Shown here: piece by piece, positions 14,100 through 25,600 of the stretch
Position numbering within the stretch: position 1 is the stretch's first letter
How the letters are laid out: each line of letters opens with the position of its first letter
Assembly (NCBI GenBank): GCA_024137785.1
Contig: JAHRHZ010000105.1
Span: 3,792,192-3,856,191, forward strand
Source: Ginglymostoma cirratum
Lineage: Eukaryota
DNA: 64,000 bases
Direction: 5' to 3'
The notes under the pieces: model-generated
What the model was told of the DNA's origin: nothing
The model's database searches: none
What the model saw: only the letters and a program-made list of their open reading frames with translations
Program-made: the position numbers and the translations under genes

Positions 14100-15000
14100 T
14101 CGGTTATTACTATTTACACTTATTTTGGTCTGGATGAGAGTTAATACATAGAGAACAATGCAAGGACACAGACTGCTAACGAAAATACATCCTCCTGTGG
14201 GCCAGAGCGAAGTAGTTGCTAAACTTCAAAGTTTGGAATGTCATAAAGAATTATAAGGAAATTTTTTTAAAAATTCATCTAACTTTCCACTTCTTTCAGC
14301 TAATGCACAATCTGCTAATACTGAGGCCAGAAGCAAGTATTATATTGTGGCTGTACAAGTCACATGCAACATATTTTCATAACCACTTTAAATAACTTTG
14401 TTGACATAATTTATTCCTACACATGATTTTTACACGTTTGTCTTTAAAGTCCAACTACATACATGTTTATTGGCACTGAAAGTAATATATTTGGGATCAA
14501 AACGTCTCAGGAAAATGTACATGTCGGTGTAATATTCCAAAGAAAATACCCCAAATGTTTCTTTTTGTAAAACTCAATGGAAAATGACTCCAAGCTTAAA
14601 ACCACAAGGGCCATCTTGCTGAAATGCTTCAACATTCTTGTGGGTTTGTTTTGCGTGAATAAAAGACAGTTTGTCATCCCAGGTTGACGAAACGGAGCCT
14701 CATTTATTAAAGTGTTCGTTTGCTGTCGAGGTAATCGTAGGCATAGAGTTCATCCTTTGTACCACCAAGTAAACATGACAAATGGGGAGACTTTGGCGTG
14801 ATTAAAGATGAAACGAGGATTCATCTTTGCCAATCTCTTCTGAAAACTGCAATCTACAATATTACTTATGGGGGAGGGGAAGAGGAGTGGGCAAAATCGG
14901 AGTATTTACAGTTTAGATTTTGCCACTATAAATAAACAATCTTTCAGTTAAAATTCTATGTTTATGCGCGCGTCTACCAATTTCTCTCCAACAAGAGCAG

Positions 15001-15320
15001 CTATAATGTGGCTGATGGTCCACTTGGCTCCTGGTTTTGAGAGCTTCCTTGCGACTGATGACTTGCAGAGGACGAAGAGCCTGTAGTAGACCTGATTTTG
15101 GTATTTGGCAACTTGTGGTCCTTTTTCCATTTCATTCGCCTGTTCTGGAACCATATTTTAATCTGCCGTTCTGACAGGCAAAGAGAATGGGCTATTTCCA
15201 CCCTTCGTCTCCGGGTTAGGTAACGATTAAAATGGAACTCCTTCTCCAGCTCTAGAACTTGCTGCCTCGTGTAAGCAGTGCGGGAGCGTTTGGGTTCCCC
15301 TCCTTTGTAATTAGGGTTCA
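15001..15320 (-). CDS. HOXB4: HoxB4 exon 2, homeodomain
   Basis: Acceptor tttttgttcag|TG. Encodes [36 protein letters not shown]...[11 protein letters not shown]; RRRRVE is characteristic of B4. TAG at 15001-15003. Confidence 0.96.
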
Positions 15321-15482
15321 CTGAACAAAAAGCAACAACACAGAAATAACTGACTGAACACCACGAATCTCACGAGGAATAGAACTAGTGTACTTAAAGT
15401 AAGCATTAGAGTAAGAAAAATGTAAACGTTCGCTTCTATCATTAACTGCTGTTCAAAGAGATCTGAACGGCTAGGTCAGTAC

Positions 15483-15550
15483 ACATCAAAGGCACATGGC
15501 CAGAAGTGTAATTGTACTGCAATAAAAATTTATGGAGGATGTGATTACTG
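15483..15550 (-). promoter_or_regulatory. Conserved Hox4 intron enhancer (HB-1/CR1-like)
   Basis: CAGTAATCACATCCTCCATAAATTTTTATTGCAGTACAATTAC contains clustered homeodomain/Cdx sites. GGCCATG (YY1-like) and CTTTGAT (TCF/LEF) are adjacent. Confidence 0.75.
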
Positions 15551-15651
15551 ACCTCCAGATAGGCGATCGTAAATCTAAAGAAAGGCTATTTACAGTGGGT
15601 GCAATAGATCCCGGACTTTCAGGTGGTAAAAAGCCCAGGCAAACGACTCAC

Positions 15652-16057
15652 CGGTGTTTATATGCAATTTCTTCATCCACGGATAAACCACGGGCTCTTT
15701 GGAACAAGGAGTGTTTTGGTTGCTGAAGTTCTGGCTGCAAGAGGGCGGTGGGCTTGGAGTCACAGAGACACACTGGTGGCCATGCTTGCCTAAGTGGTTC
15801 TGCAGGCCGGTCTGCGATTGTACGTGACCCCTAGGCGCCACGACTTGCTCGCCCGAGCCCTGGAGGTTGCTGCAAGAGGAGTAGGGCTGCTCGCTGTAAG
15901 CTGACCGCGGGTACATCGCCTCATGCTGGAACCCGGGCTCCCGTGATCGGGTAAAGTATTCCGGAGAATGGCTTGGTAAGTAATTGTTCTGTGAATACTC
16001 TTCACACGGTGGAAATTTAGGGTCCACATAGTTAGAATTAATCAAAAACGAACTCAT
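15652..16057 (-). CDS. HOXB4: HoxB4 exon 1 (joined with 15001-15320 gives a 241-aa protein)
   Basis: The N-terminus MSSFLINSNYVDPKFPPCEEYSQ is typical of Hox4, and the hexapeptide VVYPWMKK is present. Donor G|GTGAGT at 15651; the exon is 406 nt (phase 1). Confidence 0.96.
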
Positions 16058-16109
16058 GACCTTTAATATCTGAAATGCAAAATAACTCAAAATTTTTTCT
16101 AACCCAGCC

Positions 16110-16225
16110 GTTTTTCCTGTTACCTAAACCCTCCTACTTTACTGTCAAGTGAACAAAGTTAGGCGTTCATGTGACACTGACAACCAATGGTTGGTCCCGT
16201 TCGATTCCCGGATAAGGAAATAGAA
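16110..16225 (-). promoter_or_regulatory. HoxB4 proximal promoter/5'UTR conserved block
   Basis: A CCAAT box, TCACATG, and CTTTGTTCACTTGACAGTAAAGTAGGAGGG (a typical Hox4 leader) lie directly upstream of the ATG. Confidence 0.65.
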
Positions 16226-17454
16226 TTGGACGCTGAATGCTCCCAAGCTTCTCCTCTAAACAGTTTTTTGATTGCAGAATTTAGTGAGCTTCTTTTTTCA
16301 TTCCTACAACTTAGTAATTTTACAAGTAGGTTATTTTTGATTTAAGTCCGTTAAACAAACCAAAATTCGTCTACAAGGTTTTCCCCCCATAAGCATCAGT
16401 GATGTCTTGCTAGTCGGTATGACTCCAAAAAATGAGTCAACCTTTTTAACAACAAAAAGCATGAAATAAGATCTGATATATTAGAATGTGTCCGTGGCTT
16501 GTAAATCTTTTTGTAATCGCGATGCCAACGCCTTTGCAAAGCTTGGGGAGGAGAGAAGGCGTTATAGCTGGCAAAGATAAATCGGGCTGCTTTGGATCAA
16601 TAGAAAATTCATCAACTAATTCAGGACACCTAAGTCAACAAATTACATTTAGCAATGCAGTAGACCGGAGTATACTCGCCCAGAATATCTCATCCACTTC
16701 AAACATACCCAAAATACCACAATTATTAGATAAAAACGTTTCACAGGTAGCAGCCACACACAAGTCTAAACGAAGTTGCCCATGTTCGATTAAAAACATG
16801 TTCACAAACTGTGGGAGGAATGTGAATACACGTTTGCCTCTTGCTACATTGAATCGCATTCGTTGACTTTAATTAGAAAGACGCCTTACGCAACAGAGCT
16901 GCACCATGCTTGCAATTTGGAAATCGTATGTTTGTCAATTCCAGAGAAAGTGTGACACAAATGACTGTAACGTTTTATTTAAAATGATATATGTAAGATT
17001 GAAAGAAAATGCTACAAATAACCGGATTTAAATAATTGGAGGTACTCATATTCTTCTGTTTGATCGACTGTAATGTCATGGACAGCAAACGACATGCGCA
17101 TGGGGTTTCGGGTTGATTAATATCTAAGTCATATCAAGTCCTTTAAAGCTAATCATTTTAACGGAGGAATGCGCAGTATTATCGAAAAAGGTAACAGTTA
17201 CATTCCATATTTAAATGACGTAACAAATACAGCACCACAGAGTGCTGAGAGTTGTTACAACAAGGTTGAAAAGGGAGGGGTAGGGGTGCTGTGGGGGAGG
17301 ACAGCTCGCCATTCCAGACAGCAGTCTGACCCGCAGAATCAGGTAGATGAACACTATACTTCGATTTTATTTATTCAGCTATATTATCGATTTGTACGAA
17401 GAAAATTCTAGGCGTGAATACATTCTTCTGTCTTCCGAGTGAATGTTGTAGCGT

Positions 17455-17550
17455 TTGTGTCGACTACATACTCCCCTAGATACGAATTTGTGACCACAAC
17501 TTTGTCAACACAAATTCGGATCTACAGGGTATATATAGAGGACAGACATA
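17455..17550 (-). ncRNA. MIR10A: miR-10a precursor hairpin
   Basis: The mature 5p arm UACCCUGUAGAUCCGAAUUUGUG is at 17509-17531 and the complementary 3p arm CAAAUUCGUAUCUAGGGGAGUA at 17469-17490. This is the canonical position between Hox4 and Hox5. Hairpin ends are approximate. Confidence 0.97.
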
Positions 17551-19232
17551 GATTTCGGCATTTTTGGAGCCCAGAGACGTTCAAAAGCATCCATGTACCA
17601 TTGAACCAACCGTGTTTTACATGAAGCTACACAACTTTAGTGAGAATCCCTTTCTCTGATTTCTTTCAGTAATTTTTAGCGCAACTATGCAATTTTTTAA
17701 GCCATTGGAATATGAAGAATACTGTTTCGAAAATGCAACGAAAGCAATGTCAGTAAATTCGAGTCAAAGTATTCAGGAAGATACTAAACAATCCATTTTT
17801 AGGACCAGCTTCGAATCATTGCCCAAATAAGCACCCTTACTTTTATATAAATCAGCTAGTTTAGAGGACAGGTCACATGTGATGCTTTCCCAAAAGTTTG
17901 TTTCCAGCTGCACTGAGCAAAGAATTTTTCCTTATATTTAATTTATTCCCAAGCAGTGGGCAAGCCTCCACGCAGCGATTACATGAATCTTGTAGCAGCC
18001 ATTGCGAAAATCAAGCATCCTCCATTTCGATAAATTCTCCTAAAATAAAAAGCGTTACTGTGATGTACTTAGATAATTTATCTTTATGTAGCATGTCGTT
18101 GGAGTGGGAACTAAACGACCAACTAAAATGCCCTCTGTAATTTCTTTCATAACCACATTTATTTCCTTAAATAGAATAACTGTTATAAATTGTCCATAAA
18201 ATTATATAATAAAAACTTTGTCAACCTAAATACAGTTACGACGGAGAAGCAGAAATACCAGAAGGTTTCAATATCAAATTATTTCATGAATGAGGACAAT
18301 GTGCTGTTTCGGACATGTAAACTGCTTTAAAGAACCTTATTTCCGGTCGTAATAAATTATGAAAATGATGCAGAGATTGCACTCAGCACAGCCTCCGCAT
18401 GCGAAATGAGTTTATGGCTTTTTGTATGTAAAAAAAACTTTTTACCGTTCTAACTTTACGGTCAGGTTGATCTTCCTAAACTCTCCAAAACAGAAGCAGA
18501 ATTTTATATAATGTCACTCTTATCTAATATCCCTTGCCTTTACAGTTGTGTCTTTTTAACAAGCTTTCACTACTGCTGCAGTTAAAAAGGAAACGAAGAG
18601 CCTGTTCAAAGGCATCTTTTCATAAAAGATAATCCTGGTGCCTTGTTTGACTCGCTGTAATAAAAATGTCGACATTTCGGAAGTTTGGAAGATGAATATA
18701 TTTACTGTCCGCTATCTGCTCTGCATTTCAAAAGGAACTCGCTATAGATTGCTATCCTAACAGAGGATGGAAGCATCAGCGGGATGGGGGAGGCCTTTTG
18801 CACCTCCTGTTTGGGGCTTGCCATAGGGTAAGAGAAAGCAGGCCTCAATCTTACTGCAGAATAGGACTCAACACAGCCAATGATATGGATTTAAACAAGA
18901 GAACATGCAATCACTTTCATCACTATAAGAGTCTACAACCTAACCGTATTAACTTTAGCATCATCATTGTTTTTATATTTAGAAACACAGTGATAGTTAA
19001 AGGGCTGCACTTATTTGTGCATTACCAGTATTTAAATTACATATTCTGATAAATTTTGCAAAGTTAATATGTAATATTCTGTATTAAGCAACTTCATACA
19101 TACACTTACTTCTCTCGACATCGTGCTCCCACCCGTTCATCTAGATACACAAGTTGAGGTTAGTTCAAGGCTAAACATGTCACCAACTTACTCCTACATC
19201 CTAGCATAGTTTTTCCGATTGCGTTGAATCAA

Positions 19233-19255
19233 ATGCACACACACACATGCACACA

Positions 19256-19319
<64 letters not shown>
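19233..19319. repeat. Compound (CA)n-(CG)10-(CA)n microsatellite
   Basis: About 87 bp of unbroken purine-pyrimidine alternation, read directly. Confidence 0.95.
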
Positions 19320-19322
<3 letters not shown>

Positions 19323-19678
19323 CCCCTTTGTGATTTCTTCCTCTACATTCTCAAATTATACATTACAGGACGCGTCGGTTTGGGCTTTGCAAAAAAAAAT
19401 CGCACCGAATGGTCGAAGAACTTCAACATAAACATATTCGTTCTCCTTTGTCTGTTCTTGAACTGATAACATCTAGTTAGAGTAAGGCTTTCCAGCAGCC
19501 CCCCTTTTTTTCCTCATTCGAAATGCCTAGCAGCTTTTTAAGAAGTAGCCGAGTACCGGCCTGGTGAACATTTTGTTTTCTCCCTCAGTTTTCGTATTAA
19601 TCTCATACACTGACAGTCTTTGTTAAACACCAAGGCGTGCCGTGCGTCCGAGTACATTTTAATATTTGTTAGACGCTT

Positions 19679-19695
19679 TGACCTGAGTTTCACCC
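19679..19695 (-). promoter_or_regulatory. DR5 RARE upstream of HoxB4/miR-10a (probable B4U RARE)
   Basis: GGGTGA-aactc-AGGTCA followed by AAGCGTCTAACAAAT, a flank I recall as shared by group-4 5' RAREs. Confidence 0.8.
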
Positions 19696-22600
19696 CGCTC
19701 TTGGACTCTCCCCCTCTACAAGTTCTATAGTATGGATAGGTCTCTCAGTCATATTGAATTTTGCTCAGGTCATTACGTTTGAGAAACATAGCAAGGCAGG
19801 AGTTTACCCAAAACAGCATTAAGGCTCTGGAAATTCTCTCAAGCATTGCATGTTCTGTGATTCCATTAGCATCAAATATTTATTATAGAACTCACAGCTC
19901 TAGTCTTCCATTGCCAGATACGCACGCAGATCCAATTTGAATAACAAAAGTAATTAATTGATCTGTTTTCTTGTGCATGCTTAGTTGCATTAATATAAAA
20001 TGTTATCTTTTTCGCAGTTGCATATTTCATTTATTATTACATTGGCTTAGACAGAGAATAACATCAAGAGATAAAGCAAGTCCCAACACATTTTATATAT
20101 GTGTGCATGTGTGTGTAACAGCAAATTAATTTAATCTGTTGAAAACGATTGTTTTAACACGTCAGAGGATTTTCTAATTAAAACTAAAGAGAATACCCTC
20201 ACTCTACACAACCCCCTCCAGGCAAATGTCAGCAAATTTCTCGATCAACTTATATTCAAACTTGCTTAAACTATATTTCATTTTCTCCTCCATTTTCTCC
20301 TGATACATTCTCTATCATTTTGCAGATTGGTGAAACATGTCAATGCACTATTAAATATACACTCTAACACTCCTGTAAAATTTTATTTGGCAACCCTAGT
20401 GTGGTATTCAGACATAAATAAGAAAATGGTTCAAATATTTTCCAATTTCAACATGGTATTTCGCATATCAAGCAGGAATTTCAATTTAATGCGAAGGTTT
20501 GATGGACGTTGTTTTCGAGTCAATGTTTCAGTCAAGTTTGGGGAAACTGCATGTTTCTCGAAACCGACTTACAGAACGTTGTATTGTTTAAGTGAGACGA
20601 TACACATTATAATACAGCCCTAGGTGCCATTAAATGATATAAATATCATAAAAATAGTGTTGACGATTTCTTCCACCACGCCTCTACCCCCCTCCGGCAC
20701 ACCCGTTATAGAAGCCGCTGTGGTTGGAAATAATGATTTTAAGGAACAAAATGAATTCGTTTTATTCAAAATACCTAAAAAGTACGAATACTCAATTTCT
20801 TGGGGAAAAATAACAAAGGGTTAGGGTTAGGATTAGGTGTGATTTCACAAGTTCCGAAGACTTGCTTGATTTGCCGTCCAATTTAAACCGAGGCAGAACA
20901 TATAACATGCAAAAAAGGGTGCTTGTATTCACTTTCCATCGGGATATAAAGTAAATATTTAATCCCTACATTACAATAGTGACCATATTTCAAATGTACT
21001 TCACTGGTTGTAAAATGAGTTGGGAAGATCAGAGGACATGGGAAACGCTGTAATGACGCAAAGTGTTTTTATGTTTCTAAAATTTAAGCAAGCTATGTGA
21101 GATATTAACATAATCTAATCAGGGCAAAAAATGTCTTTTGAATTCGGTTAGTGTTAATTTCAACTATGATAATTGAAAAGAATAACTGTACATCTCTGCC
21201 TTTGTTAAAATAAGAAAATGTATGCAACATGCACATTGATTTCATGTTTAAATTGAGATATTAAACTATTCAAAAGCACTTGATTCGATGTGCATGCCAA
21301 AGAAGGTAAAATGTAGTGACTTGAAGAGTCAGCCCCTAACTTTCCTTCAGTGTCTATATTTGTGTGTTTGAAAATACTTTTAGTAGTGTGCCATACAAAT
21401 TGCTCATTCAAACATTCGAAATTTAAGAGCTTGTATATTTACTTTAAACAGATTTATTGCAGAGCAAGAATAGTGTAAACAGATTTAAAATGAATTCGGT
21501 GCGTACAACAACTCTAATCGCGTTACCTCGCAGACAGATTTAAATGGCTTATTGCGTTTAAATGATCGGACTAGGGGCTATGTTTTGCAGATTTTTGCGG
21601 TAACTTTTAAAAAATTATGCTTTAGCTTGAGCAAACAGTAAATGCGTATTAATGGTAATTAAATGAGACTGACATCCGGGTAATTTAAAATAGATGTTAG
21701 ACCTTTGGCAAGATGTTAGATTTTTCTTCCCGCTTTTGCAAAATCTAATAAAATCATCTGCCTGCAAACTGCCTGAATGGGCGCTGAGAGATAAACTTAT
21801 ATTCTAAGAATCGAGAAACCGATAACTGGAGGAATCCGCTCAAATTAATGCGCAGAAAATGGAAGAAACTAAACTTTCCCTTTTTGAGATTTTGAAAATA
21901 ATTTTGGAGTTTCCCGTTCTCATTTCTCGCGATTTATTTGCTTAATCTGATACTTGAAAGCACAATAATACGTCAATTAATTCCAAAACACTCTCTATTT
22001 TTGAGTTCCTTGCCCAGTCTTCCCCATTTACACCTATTCATGTCAATACTATGTTTGAAAATCTGATGAATGTACATACGAACTCTTTTGCGCCATTGTC
22101 GTATTGTACAATGCGTACTGAACTCGACTTATCTCATGGCCTCTTGTCCAGATATAAAAACAGGCATTTACTATTCATCCTTTTCCGCCATATCACCTAG
22201 TTTAAATAAACCGTTCCCGTTTCCATACAACTTGACTCTTAAATATTTTTAAAAGCTGATTATATCTGGCGGAAAATATTTATCCCATCTATTTGTGTTT
22301 TCAAAGTCTCTTTTAACCAACACCACAATTACTTCCGTCGGCGATCTGCTGATTTCTATTTATTGTGCACTGTGTCCTATAAAAGAGATCAATTAATCCT
22401 CCCTGTTTTTGTACAGATCCTGATCAGGATAGTTAGCCATTCCTCCCCCACCCCCAATCCCACCTTTCTCTCTGTCTGTCTCCTTCTGTCTCCCCCTTTT
22501 TAGTTTGCATACTTTGTAGATTGTTGACAATCTCTGAAGTCTACTTCCACTTCCACATCTTACCTCCGTATCATTTTCTCAACTGTGCCGATAGCCAAGA

Positions 22601-25600
22601 TCATCCCTTTTACCATTGACATCGAACTGAGTCTATCTCAGTAGACAACACCAAGTCACGCACGACGTAAACTTTTGACCCTCCACTTTTTGACCCCTTA
22701 GCTATAATGCTGTACTAACAAGCCCCCATGAACAGTTTCAACATCGCAATCCTCAGACAGTATTGCTGTACAGTTTTGTATTTTCCCCCACGAAGCTCGA
22801 TTTTGTATTAAGCTTCGTCCTGCTTCAACTAAGACATATAATCTAGAAATGGAAAGATTTCACTGAGACACTGGAATACCTTCAAAGTTGGTTTGAAATC
22901 TTCAAGAATTTTTTTTTTTAAACCGGCACTGTTTGAATGAATTTGTATCATTATTCGTCAGGAAAAATGTCCAAACTGAAAGGGTGAGTTTTGAAGAGAC
23001 TAATGACTACAGCACTTAGAAACTTCTGATAGTGCATAAGTAGAACATTTTGGGGAGATATCAAACAGACTCCTCCGACTCTGTCCTGCCAGATTAACTG
23101 AAACGGAAAGCATTGCGAGGGATGTGGCAGAAAGGAGAGGCATAATGACTATGAACTTGGTCTGAAGCGGGCTCTGGTGGCGGATCTGACGCGTTACACG
23201 TGCGAAATAACTCCCCAAATTTTGTTCGTATTTATTTGAAATTCTGCTTTAAGTTTGATTTTTTTGTGCAAAATATCCTAAGATGTTCGTAGCAGAAGTT
23301 TTATTTTCGAAACCATTGTCAGTTTGTCAGTTCTGTGCATTCTGTGTGACGTTAGACTGTTAGCAATCGCGTCTTATTTAATGAGAGCGGAGTAAATTTA
23401 AACAGGAAAGCAGGTCATCAGAACAATCCCTTAAGGAGTGAAGCATTAACAAGGGTTTTATATTATCTTTGTCATCAGATTGCATAATAATTTCGGAATC
23501 TTAAATACAATCCGAAATTAATTTAAAACCAAATTCAATTCAATTAAGTTATAGTATTACATTGTAAATGCTGAAAAACGAACACTGGGTCAATCAGTTT
23601 GGGATATTGGTGTTATTCTTTCAGACTAAACGAATTGGCTTTTCTGTTGTGAAAATAATTGGTTCAATTGCACAGCAGTAACAGATATCAACCCGTTTTT
23701 GTTTAAATCAATGGTGGTTAGCAGATCTGCAAGGCCTGTGTACCATCAAAAAACTTAAGCCTTTCTTGGAGTATAAAAATTATTACGTAGCCTGATGCCA
23801 ATTATATTGTGGCTTATAGTTTTTCTTTCATTTTACAATTTATTAAGTGAAGGAGATGCATCGAAAATAATAGTGCCGTGTAATTTAAAATCTCACCTTA
23901 TGCCCGTGTAGCATTTAATTAGACTATGATATGTATGGTGGCCTCGTTTAGGTCGCACGTTCTGGAACAGGGTGCCGGTTTATGGCCTAAAGTGATCCCA
24001 GTTACTGACGGTTGAAACCATGGGGAAGAGTTAATGATAACGCATGAGATATGAATGCTTTTATCCATGTGGCTGCAACTAGGTGTTTAATATGGCGATA
24101 TAATCAACTGACATATTTATGACTCCGTTGCGCGTTGTGACCGCGTTTTGTTCCCTTTTCCCCTAAATTACAACCTTAACCTAGTCCTCCTATCCATCCA
24201 GTGCCTATAAGCGCACCAGATGCATACCACTTAAAAACCTTAACAAAGAAAATGCATCACCTTTAGATCATGCCTTTAACCTGATAGGAATGGTTATCGA
24301 TCCCAAACGTTTCCATGGAACAGATAATTCGCTTGCGATGGTATCAGGAACAAATATATTTGTGTTGGAAGGGGCAAGGAACGACACCACTTTCTCTGAA
24401 GCCAAATTAGTAATGTTACAGTCGACTATTGATTCATACTACAAGCGTTTGTGCTTGCCTCGATTTACAAACTGCAAAGGAGGACCTTTGGTTAGCCTTA
24501 AGGGAATGAACGGAATAGTTACTTGTTTTTACGGTTAGTTATAAAATATTTACATTCATTTCCTCCCTAGGAGCGTTAGGCCCAATTGGAATTCAACCAG
24601 CACTTTTCTACAACAGGCAGCCTTCAAATCTCTGTATATATCGTGCGATTCAATATCCACTTTCTTACATTCAGCTCTATCATTCTTAGTCAAGTTTGGT
24701 GTATTTTAATGATGTACTAGTATCTACCAACAGCCCGTAGATTCTTGCCACGGTCTGCATTTATTTATGCTCTGACAGTTTCTTTCTCACTCTAATCAAA
24801 AACTATTAAGCTAACGTATTTCCTGATCCTGCTTTTACACCAGATTGAAGAACATAAGTGAAAGACCAAGCGTAGAAACCAGCAAGGTTGTAAAGAATAG
24901 AAGTTGGTTGTAGCTTTGAAGCCAATTGACAGATAATTTTGTTCCTGAGAACAATCGATGAAAAAATTGCAAATCAGTATTTTTCTGCAAATGACAGGCT
25001 CATTCCAAACTCAAAACACTGATCCATTTTCTTTGAATTGCTCTCTCGTGTATTTAGGAATTGAAAACAAAAGAATTGTATTAATTGTTACCATCTTCTA
25101 TTTTACTACAGAATACTGAAGAAAAATCATTCAATTACACCGAAAACTCTGAATAAAATGAGAATTGAAACGCAAGACCACAATGTACTTCCTCCATCAG
25201 GGATGTGTTTTCCTGTTTACACACTGGATTTCCTCAGATATCAGCGCGGAAAGGCAATAAAAAAAGATGACAGAAACATATCGGCATTCTGAGAGAAAAA
25301 AAACGTTGTTTCCTAACAATGATTTAAAAAGCTCCCCCCCTCCCCAGCCCCTCACACTGCACACCGGAAGCGGCCAGAATTAAAAACTTGACGGATTCGA
25401 GGACTGTGTCACAACAAATGATTATCAACGGGTGAGAAACTTGACATTTACTGATGAGAAATGTCAAAGTATAATTTTCGTCTTATATATCTACATTTCT
25501 CCTTAGACTGGTTTGTGACTGTTCAAGTAATCGTTACAATGAGTCTCAAAATATGTAGACAATCATATTAGCATGTCAGGAAGTCCATTACAGTAAGGGA

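Noticed and set aside
22676-22696. TGACCC-n9-TGACCC as a possible RARE
   Set aside because: The spacing is non-canonical and is explained by a small direct duplication of ACTTTTGACCC.
25441-25467. CTGATGA-GAAA within a 9-bp inverted repeat, superficially hammerhead-like
   Set aside because: There is no stem II and the pairing is incompatible with the hammerhead fold. At most it is two inverted TGACA sites.
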